Of a stretch of 64,000 nt of DNA, positions 51,131-64,000 are shown one piece after another (within the stretch, counting starts at the first letter, position 1; each line of letters begins with the position of its first letter). Position numbers and translations under genes: made by a program. The notes under the pieces were generated by a model that saw only the letters and a list, made by a program, of their open reading frames with translations, did no database searches and was not told where the DNA came from. The stretch comes from Lepidodermella squamata (Eukaryota; Animalia; Gastrotricha): contig JBLDXI010000012.1 in the NCBI GenBank assembly GCA_047495785.1, positions 682,001-746,000 of the forward strand. Direction: 5' to 3'.

Positions 51131-54100
51131 ACATCACGCGAAAACAAGCACGGGCCATATACCACCTTATGGCAGGTATAATTTCTTCAATGGTTTCGCC
51201 CGCTCAACGGCTGAATAGCCGGGAATCTATGGGCGCGCCATTGACGATATTGATGACACCGATCAAAACATGAGATGAATGGCGTCTTTTCAAGTTTGGT
51301 GGCTCGTTAAAGTTTAGAGAATAGGGACGCGCCTGCCATTTTTCAGCAAGGCCTGTAATCAAAAGCAATCATAGAAAAGAGCTGAACGCCCTGGCTGTTT
51401 TCAACGCAGAAATAAATCAAAGCGGGGCGAATGGCCGCGGCTGAATGAGAGAGGCGCCTGCTTTCACAAGGTCACAAAGGGGACAGCTCTCGGCGTTGGA
51501 AGATTGAGGTAGGCAAGCAGGCAGGCTATACCCGCGTTACTACTCTCTGTGCCGTCGTCGACGCAGCCGTGTGAGCGTACGAGCGCGCGAGGGCAACTCG
51601 AAAAGCCGTGTCGCCGTTGCGCATCTTCGCATCTTCTTCGCATCTTGTGTCATGCGTGTGGGCGCCCTCGCCGCCAAGACGCCGTCATTTAAGGCCCGTG
51701 CTAGCTTGCTGTGTTCAGATTTTATTTTGCGTCCGCTCGCTATATTACCGCTACTTGATGTAATATGATTGTATTAACGCGCGACTGGCACGGGGAGAGG
51801 GGATGAGGAATTGCCGAAAAACGAAGCTCGGAAAACGAGTAATAAAATCAACTCATCGCCGCTATACGCCACCTAACCCCGGGAATTTCGACGGTCGCTC
51901 ATGTATCGGCACCAAATAATCACATAAAACATCATCTCCTCATCGCAGTAAATCAGCACTAACAGCGAGACAAGAGGACACCAGCAGCTGAGCCGGGTCC
52001 GCCCACGACTATCTATTAAGAGTGATTTGCGCTAATCTCATTGCCGAACTTTTCGATCAATCAATCGCGCGCCGTCGTCGCACTGCAATTTCGTCTTCCT
52101 TATATATTTTTCGTCAATAATTCAGACAAGCCCATTTCCGTATTTAGGACGTGCAGTAGCAATTGACTCATTTTGTGTCTCAGTACTTAGATTTGATGAT
52201 GAAAAGTGTAGACAAAAAAATATTGCGTCACCCTGGTCACGAGATGCGCGTTTTCCCACGGCGCCAACGTGGTAACGGTTTCAGATAGCATCTGGTGAGC
52301 CGAATCCGTACTTTCATGTCAAGCCTCGAGGTGTGAAGATGCGCTCGCTAGATACAGCTTCGGTTTGCGTTTCCAGGTGGCGGGGCCCTGGACAAAATAG
52401 AGCGAGCGCGCGCGCGCACGGAATCGCTAGAGCGCGACGACGACTAGCGCACCTGTTGGCGCGAAACCACCAGCAGCCAGCGGCGTGCAATATTGCGCTT
52501 CGCTTTGCGGCGCACGTTCACTTCGGGGCGCGGCTCTTCAACGCTGGCTGCTGGACGTGACGCCGACTGGGGCCTCGACGAGGTAATCCGCCTTTCATCT
52601 GAACATACTATCTCTCGATGTGCCCCTCGCGCAGGTAAGCAGGGCTTCAAGTCGAAAAGCTCTTGAAAACGCAAACAAAACTAGGCTAGCGAGCACTCGA
52701 CAAGTCACCAATCTGTGTAACATCACAGACGGACGCCGCGCAATGGGGCGTCGGGTTAAACACGCGCGGCACAGCGAGCAATAAAGCGGAAAAGGCGCTA
52801 AACTTGCAATTTAAGTCAAATTAAATCGGCTTACCTTGGCGATTTTACAGCTCTTCGGTTCATGGTCTTCTGCTGCTGATGATGTCGCTGACTAGCAGGC
52901 TGATGAAATATCCTCCAAATAACAGCTATAGACGAAAATAACATATAATAGCAAATGTGAAGAAAAAGATCTTGGTCCAAGAACAATCGGGGTGAAAGAA
53001 TGGCTGTGAAAGGGTCTCTATTCTTCTTTTTTTTTCTAGCGGTTTTTTGCGTGCGATGTCCATTCATGGGCGCTCGGGTCGGTGTGTCGCCGTGCGCGTG
53101 TTTCTGGCCGCTTTTCTTTGTGCTTCCACCGCGCGCTGGTGCCAGGCTGACTGCCTGTTCAGCCGGGCGGGGAACACGCGCGCGCGCACAAAAAGCGAAT
53201 AATCGCGTTTGATTATTATTTTTTGCGCGCTTCTTTGTCGTCTTTGTCGTCGACGATGGGATGACGACGGCGGCAAAAAGCGGCGCTACGGCTATTCTTC
53301 GACATACAATGGCAGCTGCTATTATTTTAATCCCGCTTTTTGTATGTTTTCACTCATTCAATTCATTCAACACTAGGTAGTCGTCGTCGTTTTTCGATTC
53401 GATTCGGCATTGTGTTCGAAATGCGCAGAAATAACACACGCCGAATACATCAGGCACGCTTTCAATAGCCTTTGAAAATTTTAACGATTTTTTCCCCACC
53501 ACCGCCCCGAGCAGCGACCGCAGTACAACATGCATGCCCCGATATTTTGTTTAATATTATAAATTACGAATCGTGCGACGCATATCCGATCACCTTGTGT
53601 AGACACTTGCTAGCGCGGCGTGGCTAAATGCCTGAAAATAAATTTGCGCCAACCGCTGGTGGCTGAAAAATCGAACGCTCTTGGCGGCGGTGCGGCCGAG
53701 TACGCGTATATAGCTGCTAACTTATTCATAAGAACTGCTCGTGCACACGTGTTTGATGTGTACAACCAACTACTAGTACTACTACTACCTCGGAAATACC
53801 TGGCTTCTTTCTTCACGCCGGCGTAATGGCAATCCGCGGTGAAGCTTATTCGATCAAAAAGCTCGATCACTGGGTAAATGCCCCGCGGCTCGAGCTTTGC
53901 ATCGCTAAAAAGTGTGTACTATCGGCGGCGGTTGGTAACGTCGTAAATGTGTAATGAGCAGGCGCCATCATCTTCATCGTCTCCTGCGCAGCTCCGCCTT
54001 AATAAAAATTTATCAACACCCCCTCGTGCATCGGGTAATCACATTATATGCTCAGGCCACTCGATCTCGTTAATAATGATAATCATATTTTTCTTTTCCT

Positions 54101-55940
54101 TCTCGTCTTCGAATAATTGATGACATCTCAAACCAAGGTGGATCAATTTGGTTTGAAAGAAAAACAATGGAAGAAAAAAAATCCGCCGTGCACGCTGTTA
54201 TTGCTGATAATAATAATGATGATGATGGATGAAAAATGTTGGGAAATTTTCAAGTTCAATTTATTTCCGGCCGCTGACGTGGCTGAGGAAAGGCCGGAAG
54301 CGCGTTGGCGAAAACTGTTCGATTTCGATTTCCTCCCGTGTTCGCCTCGCCTATCACCTGTAGGGTCAACGCCGCGACAGCTGGCCCTGCAGTCGCGTCA
54401 CCGCTTTGCACTTCGGACTGCCGCCGCCGCCGTCGTCGTCGCGGATCGAATCGAAAGCTACACTGCGATTTGCACCTCGCGCACATCGTTTTGGCGCGCG
54501 CTAGGAAGTCGCGCCGTGGACGAGGCATCACATCATATGATTGACGCGCCTGTGCGCTCTCTATCACACGCGCGCAGCCGCCGGGCAGGCACAGCGCTTG
54601 CGATTTGCTCAGCCCAAGGCGGAACTGACGACGTTATAGAAAAATAATGATTGAGGAAATACTAATCAGAAATCTCTTCCTCCAGCTCAGTATATTCGCT
54701 AGGGTTCGCATCGAGTGGACTCGCGCGTATATGGTTATTGCTGCTAATAAAGCTTAGCGCTCGTCTTAATAGCCGAAGCGTCCAGCCTGGTTTGGCGCCA
54801 CACCAGCACGTGCGGCGCCAACGATCGCCTGTTGTGCGTTGCTTGAAGCGTTAAAGCATCAGCACACCTGCCCTGTGCCCTGTGGTTCCCGGTAATCGCA
54901 TAACAATAAAACTTGGTCGCGGAAGGCCTCACGCGAGCGTGGTTAGCCACCCGAAAGATCGGCGACCGCGCCAATCACACTTAAGTAATTAAGATTCAAT
55001 TTACCTGCTGCTATCGTCCTCGTCCGCGACTGCCCCGCCGAAAGTTAAGTTGACTGATAATACGCATGACTATCGTGATATTGTATTGAAAAGACGAAAA
55101 GTTTGCTTTGTTAAAACCTATATACCTGGGATATAATGGCAGCAGCTTTTCTCCGGCGAAGCCTGGGCGCATTTTTTTACGGCGGCACAGATAGATGCGA
55201 ATTTGTATTCATCAAAAGCAGCAGCCTCTTTGATGATGCTGTGCATGTTGAAGAAGAACAATACCACCACGGCTTTTTAAACAATATGACAGGGTATAAT
55301 TGCTTTTTTGGCTCCTTTTTTGAATGAAACTATATTCAGCAAACAGTGATGACAAAAAGGAGTGCGTTTATTTATTTTTTGGATTTATTTTTTAGGCAAA
55401 ACAAAAGGGAAAGTAAAAATTCACGGGCACTAAACCTATAACAATCGTCATCATTCTCATCTGTGAATGGCCGAAGCAAGGGCCTATTGACGGCACAAAA
55501 CAATGAAAGAACAGAGGCTATTCATTGGAACACAAAAAAGCCGATCCACATCCGCCTTGTGTTCAATAATTCTGCATTATATGATTTGCGGTAAAAGTCA
55601 ATTACAAAAACAAAGATTTTTTCCAGGTGTGAGAGAAAAAGCAACAGACTCATAATTATCCATTCATAACCTGGCAAGCCCTATTTCAACATTTATAAGC
55701 TGGAAATACTATTAAACACCTGCTATGGTTCATTCATGCGAATTTACATCACGAATTTGAAAGAAAAACAACGTACGAGAACTCAAGGCATTAAACTGCT
55801 CACATAAGAGATTCGCGACAGCCTTGACTTTTGCAACATGTTTCACTTGGACAGCACGTGCGATGTTTAGTGTATTGTTTTTTGGGTTCAATTCACATCA
55901 ATTCAGTTTCATCATTTTACTTTTAGTTTTATTTTGAAAT

Positions 55941-57794
55941 ATGTTGAGCTATTCGCTAGTCATTTTAGCAGGATTTTCCGTGGCAACGGCTCTAAAATAC
56001 AGCTACATCCAAGGTCGTCTCGGCGATTCGGTTTACTATGAAAATGCAGCAAGTGATGACTTACCTAGTGCTTATGTTGGACTTGATCTCGAGACGAATA
56101 AGTATTTTTACGATTCGAAGCCTGTTCAAGGCCGAACCTACTCAGCCATGGCAGTTTTACACGAAGATACTAACACAACAGGCTGGGCTTACCTGGAAGT
56201 GACGAACAACATGAGCAAAATATTTCAAGACTTCGATGACGACCATTCGAAGTTCAACGATACGGTTCGAGCTTACACAGCTGGAATTGCAGAAGGAATT
56301 CTAACGAAACATTTGATCAATCTGCATTATTTGAACACCCTGGCGGGCTATTGCGATGATGATCCGCCCTATTGCAAGCGGCTGAACAAGTACATCGATG
56401 CAAACATCAACTGGATTGGATCGTAAACTTAGTTCCTTAATTAAAATAAATGTATAAGAGATTTTTATAGAATGGTCATGAGCAAGCGCAAGTCGTCGTC
56501 ATTTTGGCACCAAACTGGTCTTTGGCTGGAGCAACTGGCAGGAATCGCCGATGGCACAACCCAGGATTTCTTAGGACCGAGGCTGAACCTTTACAAGGCT
56601 GAACTCCTTTACTTGATGAATCTCAGCGGTGATCTTGGCGATATCGAAGCTGCTTTAAACATGACCGAAAAATTCCGGCAACGTCGCGGTGGATGTTCGG
56701 CGTTTGTGAAAATCACTCCTGATGGCGATTTACAGGCCAGCCATAACACATGGACTTCGTACCAGAACATGTTACGAGTCATCAAGTTGTACGACCTGAA
56801 GCTCGGCAAAGTTCACCACCATAGCAACATGAAGACTTCTGACAAATCCGAAAAAATAGCAGTTGTGAAAATGACCTCGTATCCGGGCTACATAACATCG
56901 GTCGACGATTTTTACATCACATCGAAAAAACTTGCCGTTTACGAGACTACAATTGGCAACTTCAATTCGACCCTTTGGAAGTTCGTGCAGCCTATTGGCA
57001 CAGTGCCAATGGCGATCCGAGGAGTTGTCGCAACTCGCCTCGCTCATTCAGGTGAAGATTGGGCGAAAATTGCTGCCATGTTCAACAGTGGTACTTACAA
57101 CAACGAGTGGATTGTTGTCGACTACAAAGCTTGGCAGAAGAAATCGAAGACAGGCGTTCTAACGGTTAGCGATCATATGCCGGGCACTGTGACGACTAAA
57201 GATTACACGTCTAACCTTATGGCTAAAACTTATTTTGCGTCCTACAACATTCCGTCAATGCCTGAAGTTTTCGAACTTTCGAACACATCGGGGCAGGTTA
57301 AGACGTACGGTTACTATTATAACTACAGCAGCTGTCCTCGCGGGCAGATTTTTGCGCGTGACCACTCGAAGGTGAAGGATCTGGCTGGCGTGGTTATGCT
57401 GATGCGATACAATGATTTCAAACACGATCCTTTGTCCCGATGCGAAGGCTGCAATCCACCTTACTCTGGCGAACTTGCGATCGCAGCAAGGTACTAATAT
57501 ATTTTTTAATTAACTAAATAAAAAAGACTGTATATTTGTTTTCATAGGAGCGATTTGAACCTAAAAAATGGAACCTATCCGCTGGATATGCTCAAATGGC
57601 GATCACATGGCGCGATTGATGTCAAAATGACAAATATCGGTTTTATCGAACGTCTGGAATTTCTCGGCTGGTCTGGACCAACCGATATTCAGCAACCACC
57701 TTTGATTTGGTCTAGATCCGGCATGTTGATGAACGATACGCCGCATTATGGGCAGCCTGATATTTACAGCTTTGATGGCGCCGTCTATGGATAA
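55941..57794 (+). CDS. PLBD2: Phospholipase B-like 2 paralogue A (exons 55941-56422, 56471-57490, 57548-57794)
   Basis: Signal peptide; TTGWAYLEV, AYTAGIAEG, Ntn-hydrolase site GG-CSAFVK, SHNTW, SYPG..SVDDFY, NSGTYNNEW, MRYNDF, AIAAR^SDLN, HGAIDVK. Confidence 0.88.
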
Positions 57795-57938
57795 TTCCTG
57801 ATATTCATTTAGGGGTGATACAAATAAAACTTGAGATAATCAATAGATATCAACGTCTCTGTTATTTTAATTACTATACCTTACAGCCAACGATTCGTGA
57901 AATCGAAGCAATTGCTGTTTATTAAGAGTTTTCTATTA

Positions 57939-58118
57939 CTGTATTTGTTCCAATAGTAGCCCATCCACTAATAATCGCCCATCCCTAATAGTAGCCCAGG
58001 GTTGAGGGGTCAAGTCGGTTCGAAAACATCAAAAATGAATGATTCACTAACAATTGAAATTTTCAAAATTTCGAGGTTGAAATTTTAGTAGTCCCGGCTG
58101 CTATAGGAACAAATACGG
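57939..58118. mobile_element. Tc1/mariner-superfamily (Tc2/pogo-like) MITE, 180 bp, TA target duplication
   Basis: TA-CTGTATTTGTTCCAATAGTAGCC ... GGCTGCTATAGGAACAAATACGG-TA: 23-bp TIR with 3 mismatches. Three subterminal copies of an approximately 17-bp taatagtagcccatcc motif. Confidence 0.8.
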
Positions 58119-58427
58119 TATCTTGGAAAAATTCTCTTTCCTATCAGCTATAGCTAGTGCGTAGTGGCTGAAAGGAGGCGATTTGCGAGGGTTCGCTGGC
58201 TAGAGAGTCGAGCCGGGAACAAACCTCGTGACTTTTTGCCTTCAAACGTTTCGAGAAAAAAACATTCGCTATTATAATTCATAATGTCCAACTTTATTTG
58301 GAGTCAGTTTAGCTCGTTCAATAGTGAAAAAAGTTATGAACTTGGGTAAACAATTGTACTCTGTCGAGGAACTTTGACGAGGACTGAAAGGTTCAAGTTT
58401 GCATCAAAGCACCCGAAAATTCAACAA

Positions 58428-59091
58428 TCAGCGTATAAGTTTTGATTTCTTTCTTTTGGGAATAGCCAGGTAATCCGCCGGTTCGATTCTCACCCGCGAC
58501 TGGAATGGCAGACACGTTCTCCATAAATGAGTTCTTCCGATTGACGCTGACGCATTGAATAGCTGGAAACTCGGCATATCAAACCAGAGCGTCAAGAACG
58601 ACTTGAGATCAGTAGCAACGCACGATTTGTTAAAGCCGAAACATGCGAATTCCCTTCTAATTTTGCCATAGCTCAGCTGGCTTGGAATTCCCAGAAAGGT
58701 TACGGCGCGGAGTTGTTTGGGTGGAGGGGGCTGACGTCTTGGCGGGGGCATCGCTTCAGTGTTCTCAAGTTTACCTGCTACATCCGAACTTTGACCAGCA
58801 TTTTCATCGGGTGATGAAAGTAAAGATGTGTCTAAAGTAGAATTTATAGCATTGGCATCACCACTAGACACTCTAATGGCCTATGGCTGCCTACCTTCTG
58901 ACGGCTGCACATAGTCTATTCTCATCTGCGCTTCTAGTTCACCTTGTGTGATTCGTCTGATTTCAACAGCTTGCTCGACCATCTGAAAATCTGAAAACAC
59001 CAAGAGCAATTAGCAATTTTAACAGCGTGGAAATCAGAAATGTCCCACCTCGCGTTGCTTGCACATCCCTCGGTGTTGAAAAAGCATCCAT
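58428..59091 (-). CDS. Orphan 180-aa protein with a possible degenerate RRM-like C-terminal domain (exons 59091-59049, 58990-58895, 58831-58428)
   Basis: Two canonical introns (58 and 63 nt) give an open frame MDAFSTPRDVQATRDFQMVEQ..PPPRRQPPPPKQLRAVTFLGIPSQLSYGKIRREFACFG..PKRKKSKLIR. Two CCAAT boxes upstream (approx. 59171, 59206). Confidence 0.55.
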
Positions 59092-60003
59092 TTTACACTA
59101 GTCTCAATAATGAAAGTAATCCAAATTCCATACAGATGAACGAAAACCTCGTCAATCTTCTTGAAATGAGCCAATTCGGCTTTTCCTTTGAGTCACTGAC
59201 GCGAGCCAATCAGAATTCGACAAATTTGATGAAAACAATATTAAGACGCATTTTTTTCTTTCATTTTATTCATTACTATATACAACCGGACATTTTTACC
59301 GCACATCACATGAAAACCGCGGTGGTAACGGCGGAACCGACGAAGTGATCACTGAAAGCTCGATGAGTGCATACAGTTAAAATTTTCATTATTTTTCTTG
59401 CAATTTTTGTATTTCCGACGCTTTAAGTAAAAAAGGTACGAGAAAATTAAATAAAGTTTCGATGTTATTAGCTGAGTCCGAAGCTTTGTTAAAGGTCATA
59501 GCTGTGAAAAAAAAACAGTAGATCTGTTCAGTTATGCTTCATTTTTTATTCGCCAACAAATCATAATAAATTGGGGGTCATGGCTGCTTTTGAGAACTCT
59601 TCAGCTTTCCGGAAAAACCATGTCGAAGCATTATCTCAAACAGGTGAGAAAGTTGAAAGTGCGCGAAGGTTGCGAGCCGTGCGCATAGCATTAGACCTGT
59701 CCTACTTTTTAATCGCTTCGTAACGAAAATAATTTTATCATTCTGTTTATAGGGCATGTTTTTTCGTGCTGCTTTTATCACAGATTTTATCTGCAGCAAC
59801 CTTGGCATTGTACTCGTAATGCTGATACATACGATTAATAATTCGTCGGCAACAGCCAAACCCCAACAACTTTGACCTCCTCGACAGCGGAAATGCTATA
59901 TGGCTAAGCAATTCACAAATAACAAATAAGCAAATAGGTCAAATAAAATGAAAAAAACTGATTCTTCATATTCAATCTAAATTAAACCATTGCATTTAGA
60001 AGA

Positions 60004-61974
60004 ATGAAAATATTTCTAGTACTTACCGTTGTGGCGAGCTGCGCTCTTGCCTCGGCCGTTAAAGTCAGGCGCATTCGAGGCGGATGGAATGGAGGATGGA
60101 ATGTAGGAGCTCTTGGCCCTATGGTGTTCGTTGGGCTGGATGCCACTACTAATAAGTACTTTTACGACAACTTTCCCGTGGCCGGACGACCATATGCCGC
60201 AGTCGGTGCGTTGAGTGAAGATACAAACACGACAGGATGGGCATACTTTCGAGTCACAAACAACATAAGTTTGGCTATTCCTGGAGCTCAGATGCCCATG
60301 GTTAATGACTCCGTTCGAGCTTACACCGCCGGAATTGCAGAAGGCTATTTGACTAAGCGCATGATCAATCTTCATTACCTTAACACCTTGAACGGATATT
60401 GTGAAAAGGTTAGCAAAAAAAGGATAAAAGCAAACATATAATGAAATACTATTTCATTCGATATAGGACCCAGCTTATTGCCAGCGTCTCAAGAAATTTA
60501 TTTCAGACAACATCGCATGGATAAATAAGTTTGTGTTGAATTTAAGGAATTTCTGTTTGATACGTATAAATTGCACCATGTAGAATGGTTTCTTCTGAGA
60601 GGAAATCGTCTTCTATCTGGCACCACACTGGACTTTGGCTAGAGCAACTTGCAGGAATAGCTGATGGAGCTTCGCAGAACTTCTTCGGACCCAGAGCAAA
60701 CATCTACGAAGCAGAAATGCTGTACATGATGAACTTGGACGGTGACCTTAGCGATTTGGAAAGCGTTCTCAACATGACTGAGCAGTACAGGGTGCGACGT
60801 GGTGGCTGCTCGGCTCTCGTGAAAGTAAAGAAATTGTTAATTATTAGACATCAGGAGCCATAGTACCTATTTTGTAGATTGCCGAAAATGGCGAGCTCAT
60901 TGCATCGCACGACACATGGGCTCGTTATCAAGGCATGCTACGTGTCATCAAATTGCACGATCTGAAGTTCGGCAGCACACACCAGGATGTTGGAAATAAA
61001 CTGCCAGCATTCGTTACGGCTACCGTCAAGTTTTCGTCCTATCCCGGCTATATCACCTCGCTTGACGACTTCTACATCAGCAGCCATAAGTTGGCTGTAT
61101 TTGAGACAACGATTGAAAATTACAACACTACCCTTTGGAAATTCGTGCAACCAACTACAGTAGCAACTCCTATTCGATGCGTTGTAGCCACACGACTTGC
61201 GAACTCAGGCCAGGAATGGGCTCAAATCGCATCGACTTACAACAGCGGTACGTATAACAATGAGTGGATGGTTGTCGACTACAAAGCTTGGCAGAATAAG
61301 GCAAAAACAGGCGTTCTGACTGTCAGTGATTTTATGCCTGGCTCAGTTACTACAGTAGACAATACGCAGAGACTGCTCTCAAAGACGTACTTCGCGTCTT
61401 ACAACATCCCATCCATACCTGCCGTTGTCTTGCTGTCAAACACCACCGGGCAGATGCAAATTTGGGGATCTTACTTCAGCTACGATAATTGCTCGAGAGG
61501 ACTCATATTTGCTAGAAATCAATCGATGGTGAAGGACTACATGTCGGCATTATCGCTGATGCGATACAACAACTTTCAGCATGACCCACTTTCCCTATGC
61601 GCTGGCTGCAATCCTCCATATTCGGCTGAGTTAGCGATTGCAGCTAGGTATGAAGCTTTTCTTCCCTTCTATTCTTCCAATTGCTTGAAATCACAATCTC
61701 GTTTCATCTCAATTACGTTTTCTTCAGGTCAGATTTGAATTCGCCAAACGGAGTGTATCCAATGTCCATGCTGACGTGGAGAATGCATGGTGCGATCGAC
61801 ACGAAGTTGACGACGGCGTATTTTATGGAACGCTTTGAATTCCTGGCGGTATCTGGGCCGACCAGCGACCAACAGAAGCCTTTCGCGTGGAGCTCATCAG
61901 GCACTTCGATGACAGATTATCCGCATTACGGTCAACCGGATACCTTCAACTTTGGCCCGGTTGTTTACGTGTAG
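60004..61974 (+). CDS. PLBD2: Phospholipase B-like 2 paralogue B (exons 60004-60408, 60467-60528, 60584-60824, 60878-61647, 61728-61974)
   Basis: Signal peptide; TTGWAYFRV, GG-CSALVK, SHDTW, SSYPGYITSLDDFY, NSGTYNNEW, HGAIDTK; AATAAA immediately after the stop. Confidence 0.88.
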
Positions 61975-64000
61975 AAGAATAAATGGCTGATTGATAATGG
62001 TAGAGCAGCTAAAACATGGCTACAAAAATATGGCTAATGATATGAATTTTCAAACTTCAAGATTTTATTTTGCTTCCGAATAATAAATTAAAACAAAAAA
62101 CCTAACAAATCCTTTTCTGAAGGTATGCGAACCCAACCATGCGAATCCTGTTTAGAAGAACGTCTTGCCGTGTATCGAGTATTCATAGAAAGAGGCGTGT
62201 TAGATGCTAAAGCAATTAGGTTATTTAAGCGTCCCATTTCGTTCATTATTGTTCATTATTTTAAATGCAAAATTTCAGGATTTACCGATTATGAAAGACA
62301 CAGCTGTGAGCTGCGGATGAGATCTGAGATAATGCACTAATGTTTTCCAGGCGTCAGCGGCATAATCAAGCTCGCTTGAGTTTTCTGCAATTCGCATAAA
62401 TCTCATAATGTCTCATAACCAGAATATCCAGATAATAGCCGTATCGTGTAGTAGTTTACCTTTAATGCTGCTGTGATTTGATATGGGCAGGTCCCGGGTT
62501 ACCGGGGACTGCTGTTAGTCGGCAGACCCCCTCCCCGTTTTTCTCTGTTTGTCCTTGACGCCCGCGGCAAATGCCGTTCGTTTCATTTACATTCTTCAAA
62601 ATTTGTTAAACGTTAGTTGAGTAATATAAAAATTGAATAAAAATTTAAAGTGACCTTGACAATTTTATTTTCAATTTTTTGGCGCGTGACTTCAGGTTTC
62701 CCGTCAGGCTATACCGACCTGTCGAATTAATGCGTGAAAATTTGTCAGGATTCAGTTGACGATTCAGGATTAGTGAATATCGAAAAACTAGCATGATATT
62801 GCATTCAGAAATGGAACAGTTACATTAATAAGTTGATACTATTTTGCTTTGCGGAGCAACCCAGCTGCGTACAAATGTCTGCCTAATTTCGGAAGTGCGC
62901 CAAAATATCGGTATCGGTGTAGTGCGCGCACTTGCGCGATAATTAGCAGACCATCAGACGCACACGCAGAATGGTCGTAATGATCGTGTGGCAAATGGAA
63001 GTGCGTAAGTAAGAAGTGTGTAGGATTGATTGATGGACAATTTTAGTCAGACGTTATTCTTCGCTGCCAATGACCGCAACATTGGGTGAACAGAATTATT
63101 CCGCAACCATAAGCTTGACACCTCGCTGGAAAAATCAGTCAGATGTTGCCTTCCAATTGGAGAGTTCAAATATTAGCAGAAAATCGATTAACATTGGTAC
63201 ATTGATTGAAACATTGGTTGTTGATGGTTTATAGTCATGTTTAAGAAAAACACATTTGCTTTACGCGCACTTGCTTCGCAGTGCGACGTAATGGGCAGGT
63301 CCCAATTATTTTCCCTTCTGGTATCTGGGATCCTGAACTGGTGATCATTTGAACCTATGGTGATCATTTGAACAGTGGGACTGTTTACATGCTCGCTTTC
63401 GCTCGCATATGTAAACAGTCCCAAAGCTTCTCCATATGATGAACATTTATCAGTCTTATTTTCTGTCATTTTTACCATCCACTTTCCCCCTCGCATTAGC
63501 AGTGTCGCCTATAATCTTCATAGTCGTTTATCGTTTATCGTATGATCGTTTCCATCTTTTATATCCCCTGTTTTCCTAACAAAAGTAATAATGATAGTTT
63601 TTCAAGAGTTAAAGAAAATCGGCTTAGCCACAGCCGAGTCGAGATACCTCAGAATAACGCAAAATTCCTTACCAACCGTAGATATAAACGATGGCCATAT
63701 CCCATATCGTGCCTTTACTATTTTTTGCTCTTCATTTTGTTTTAAAATAATATGCGACGATATACAAACGTTTACATGGGCAGTAAGTCATTTGAAAGGG
63801 CATGATAACCGCGCTCGTATAGCTCCGCTATTCCCGCATAGACATAATTTAAGATAGACTGACTACCCCTTTCATTCCCTTCATACACCAATGTAAATCC
63901 CATGTACAGATTGCAATGCTTCTTACCGACTCGTTTGAACGAATCTGCATGAAGAATGAAAATAACAAAATTTTCTTAATCTTCGCGTTATATTAGCATT

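Noticed and set aside
58832-58894. Apparent in-frame TAG suggesting readthrough or a pseudogene in the orphan gene
   Set aside because: The stop lies within a canonical 63-nt GT-AG intron whose removal keeps the frame.
62438-62530. Second tRNA-like or Pol III sequence
   Set aside because: Only a weak A-box resemblance, with no B-box or cloverleaf.
63188-63944. Possible minus-strand exons at the window end (RGGKW resembling eIF4E; an open stretch 63944-63776)
   Set aside because: Could not join them into a consistent frame, the acceptors are poor, and no other eIF4E motifs are present. A gene entering from beyond the window remains possible.

Overview
Eukaryotic, almost certainly animal, nuclear DNA from a very compact genome: GT-AG introns mostly 47-63 nt, standard genetic code, CpG not visibly depleted, several intergenic gaps of only 89-340 nt. 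I reconstructed 18 protein-coding genes by hand, in order: MBLAC1, CCDC115/Vma22, SUCLA2, a head-to-head pair of divergent SBF1/SBF2 (MTMR5/13)-derived genes that stop after the SBF2 domain, two tandem ETHE1 persulfide dioxygenases, GPD1, RUVBL2, TIMM22, RPA3, a RING/B-box/coiled-coil/NHL TRIM gene, a MIIP homologue, MPDU1, a type II diacylglycerol kinase without a SAM domain, an intron-containing SoxB1, and two phospholipase B-like (PLBD2) paralogues flanking an orphan RRM-like gene. The window also holds two MITE-like elements, a tRNA-like or SINE head, and large (CG)n-rich non-coding blocks around TRIM-NHL and SoxB1. Strongest leads: (1) the DENN+SBF2-only gene pair; (2) ETHE1 duplication in which one copy lacks a mitochondrial presequence and one intron has slid by 4 nt; (3) operon-like co-oriented clusters with unpaired splice acceptors, suggesting trans-splicing; (4) active intron turnover between paralogues. 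Family calls come from remembered motifs, not database searches. Splice sites are manual predictions.
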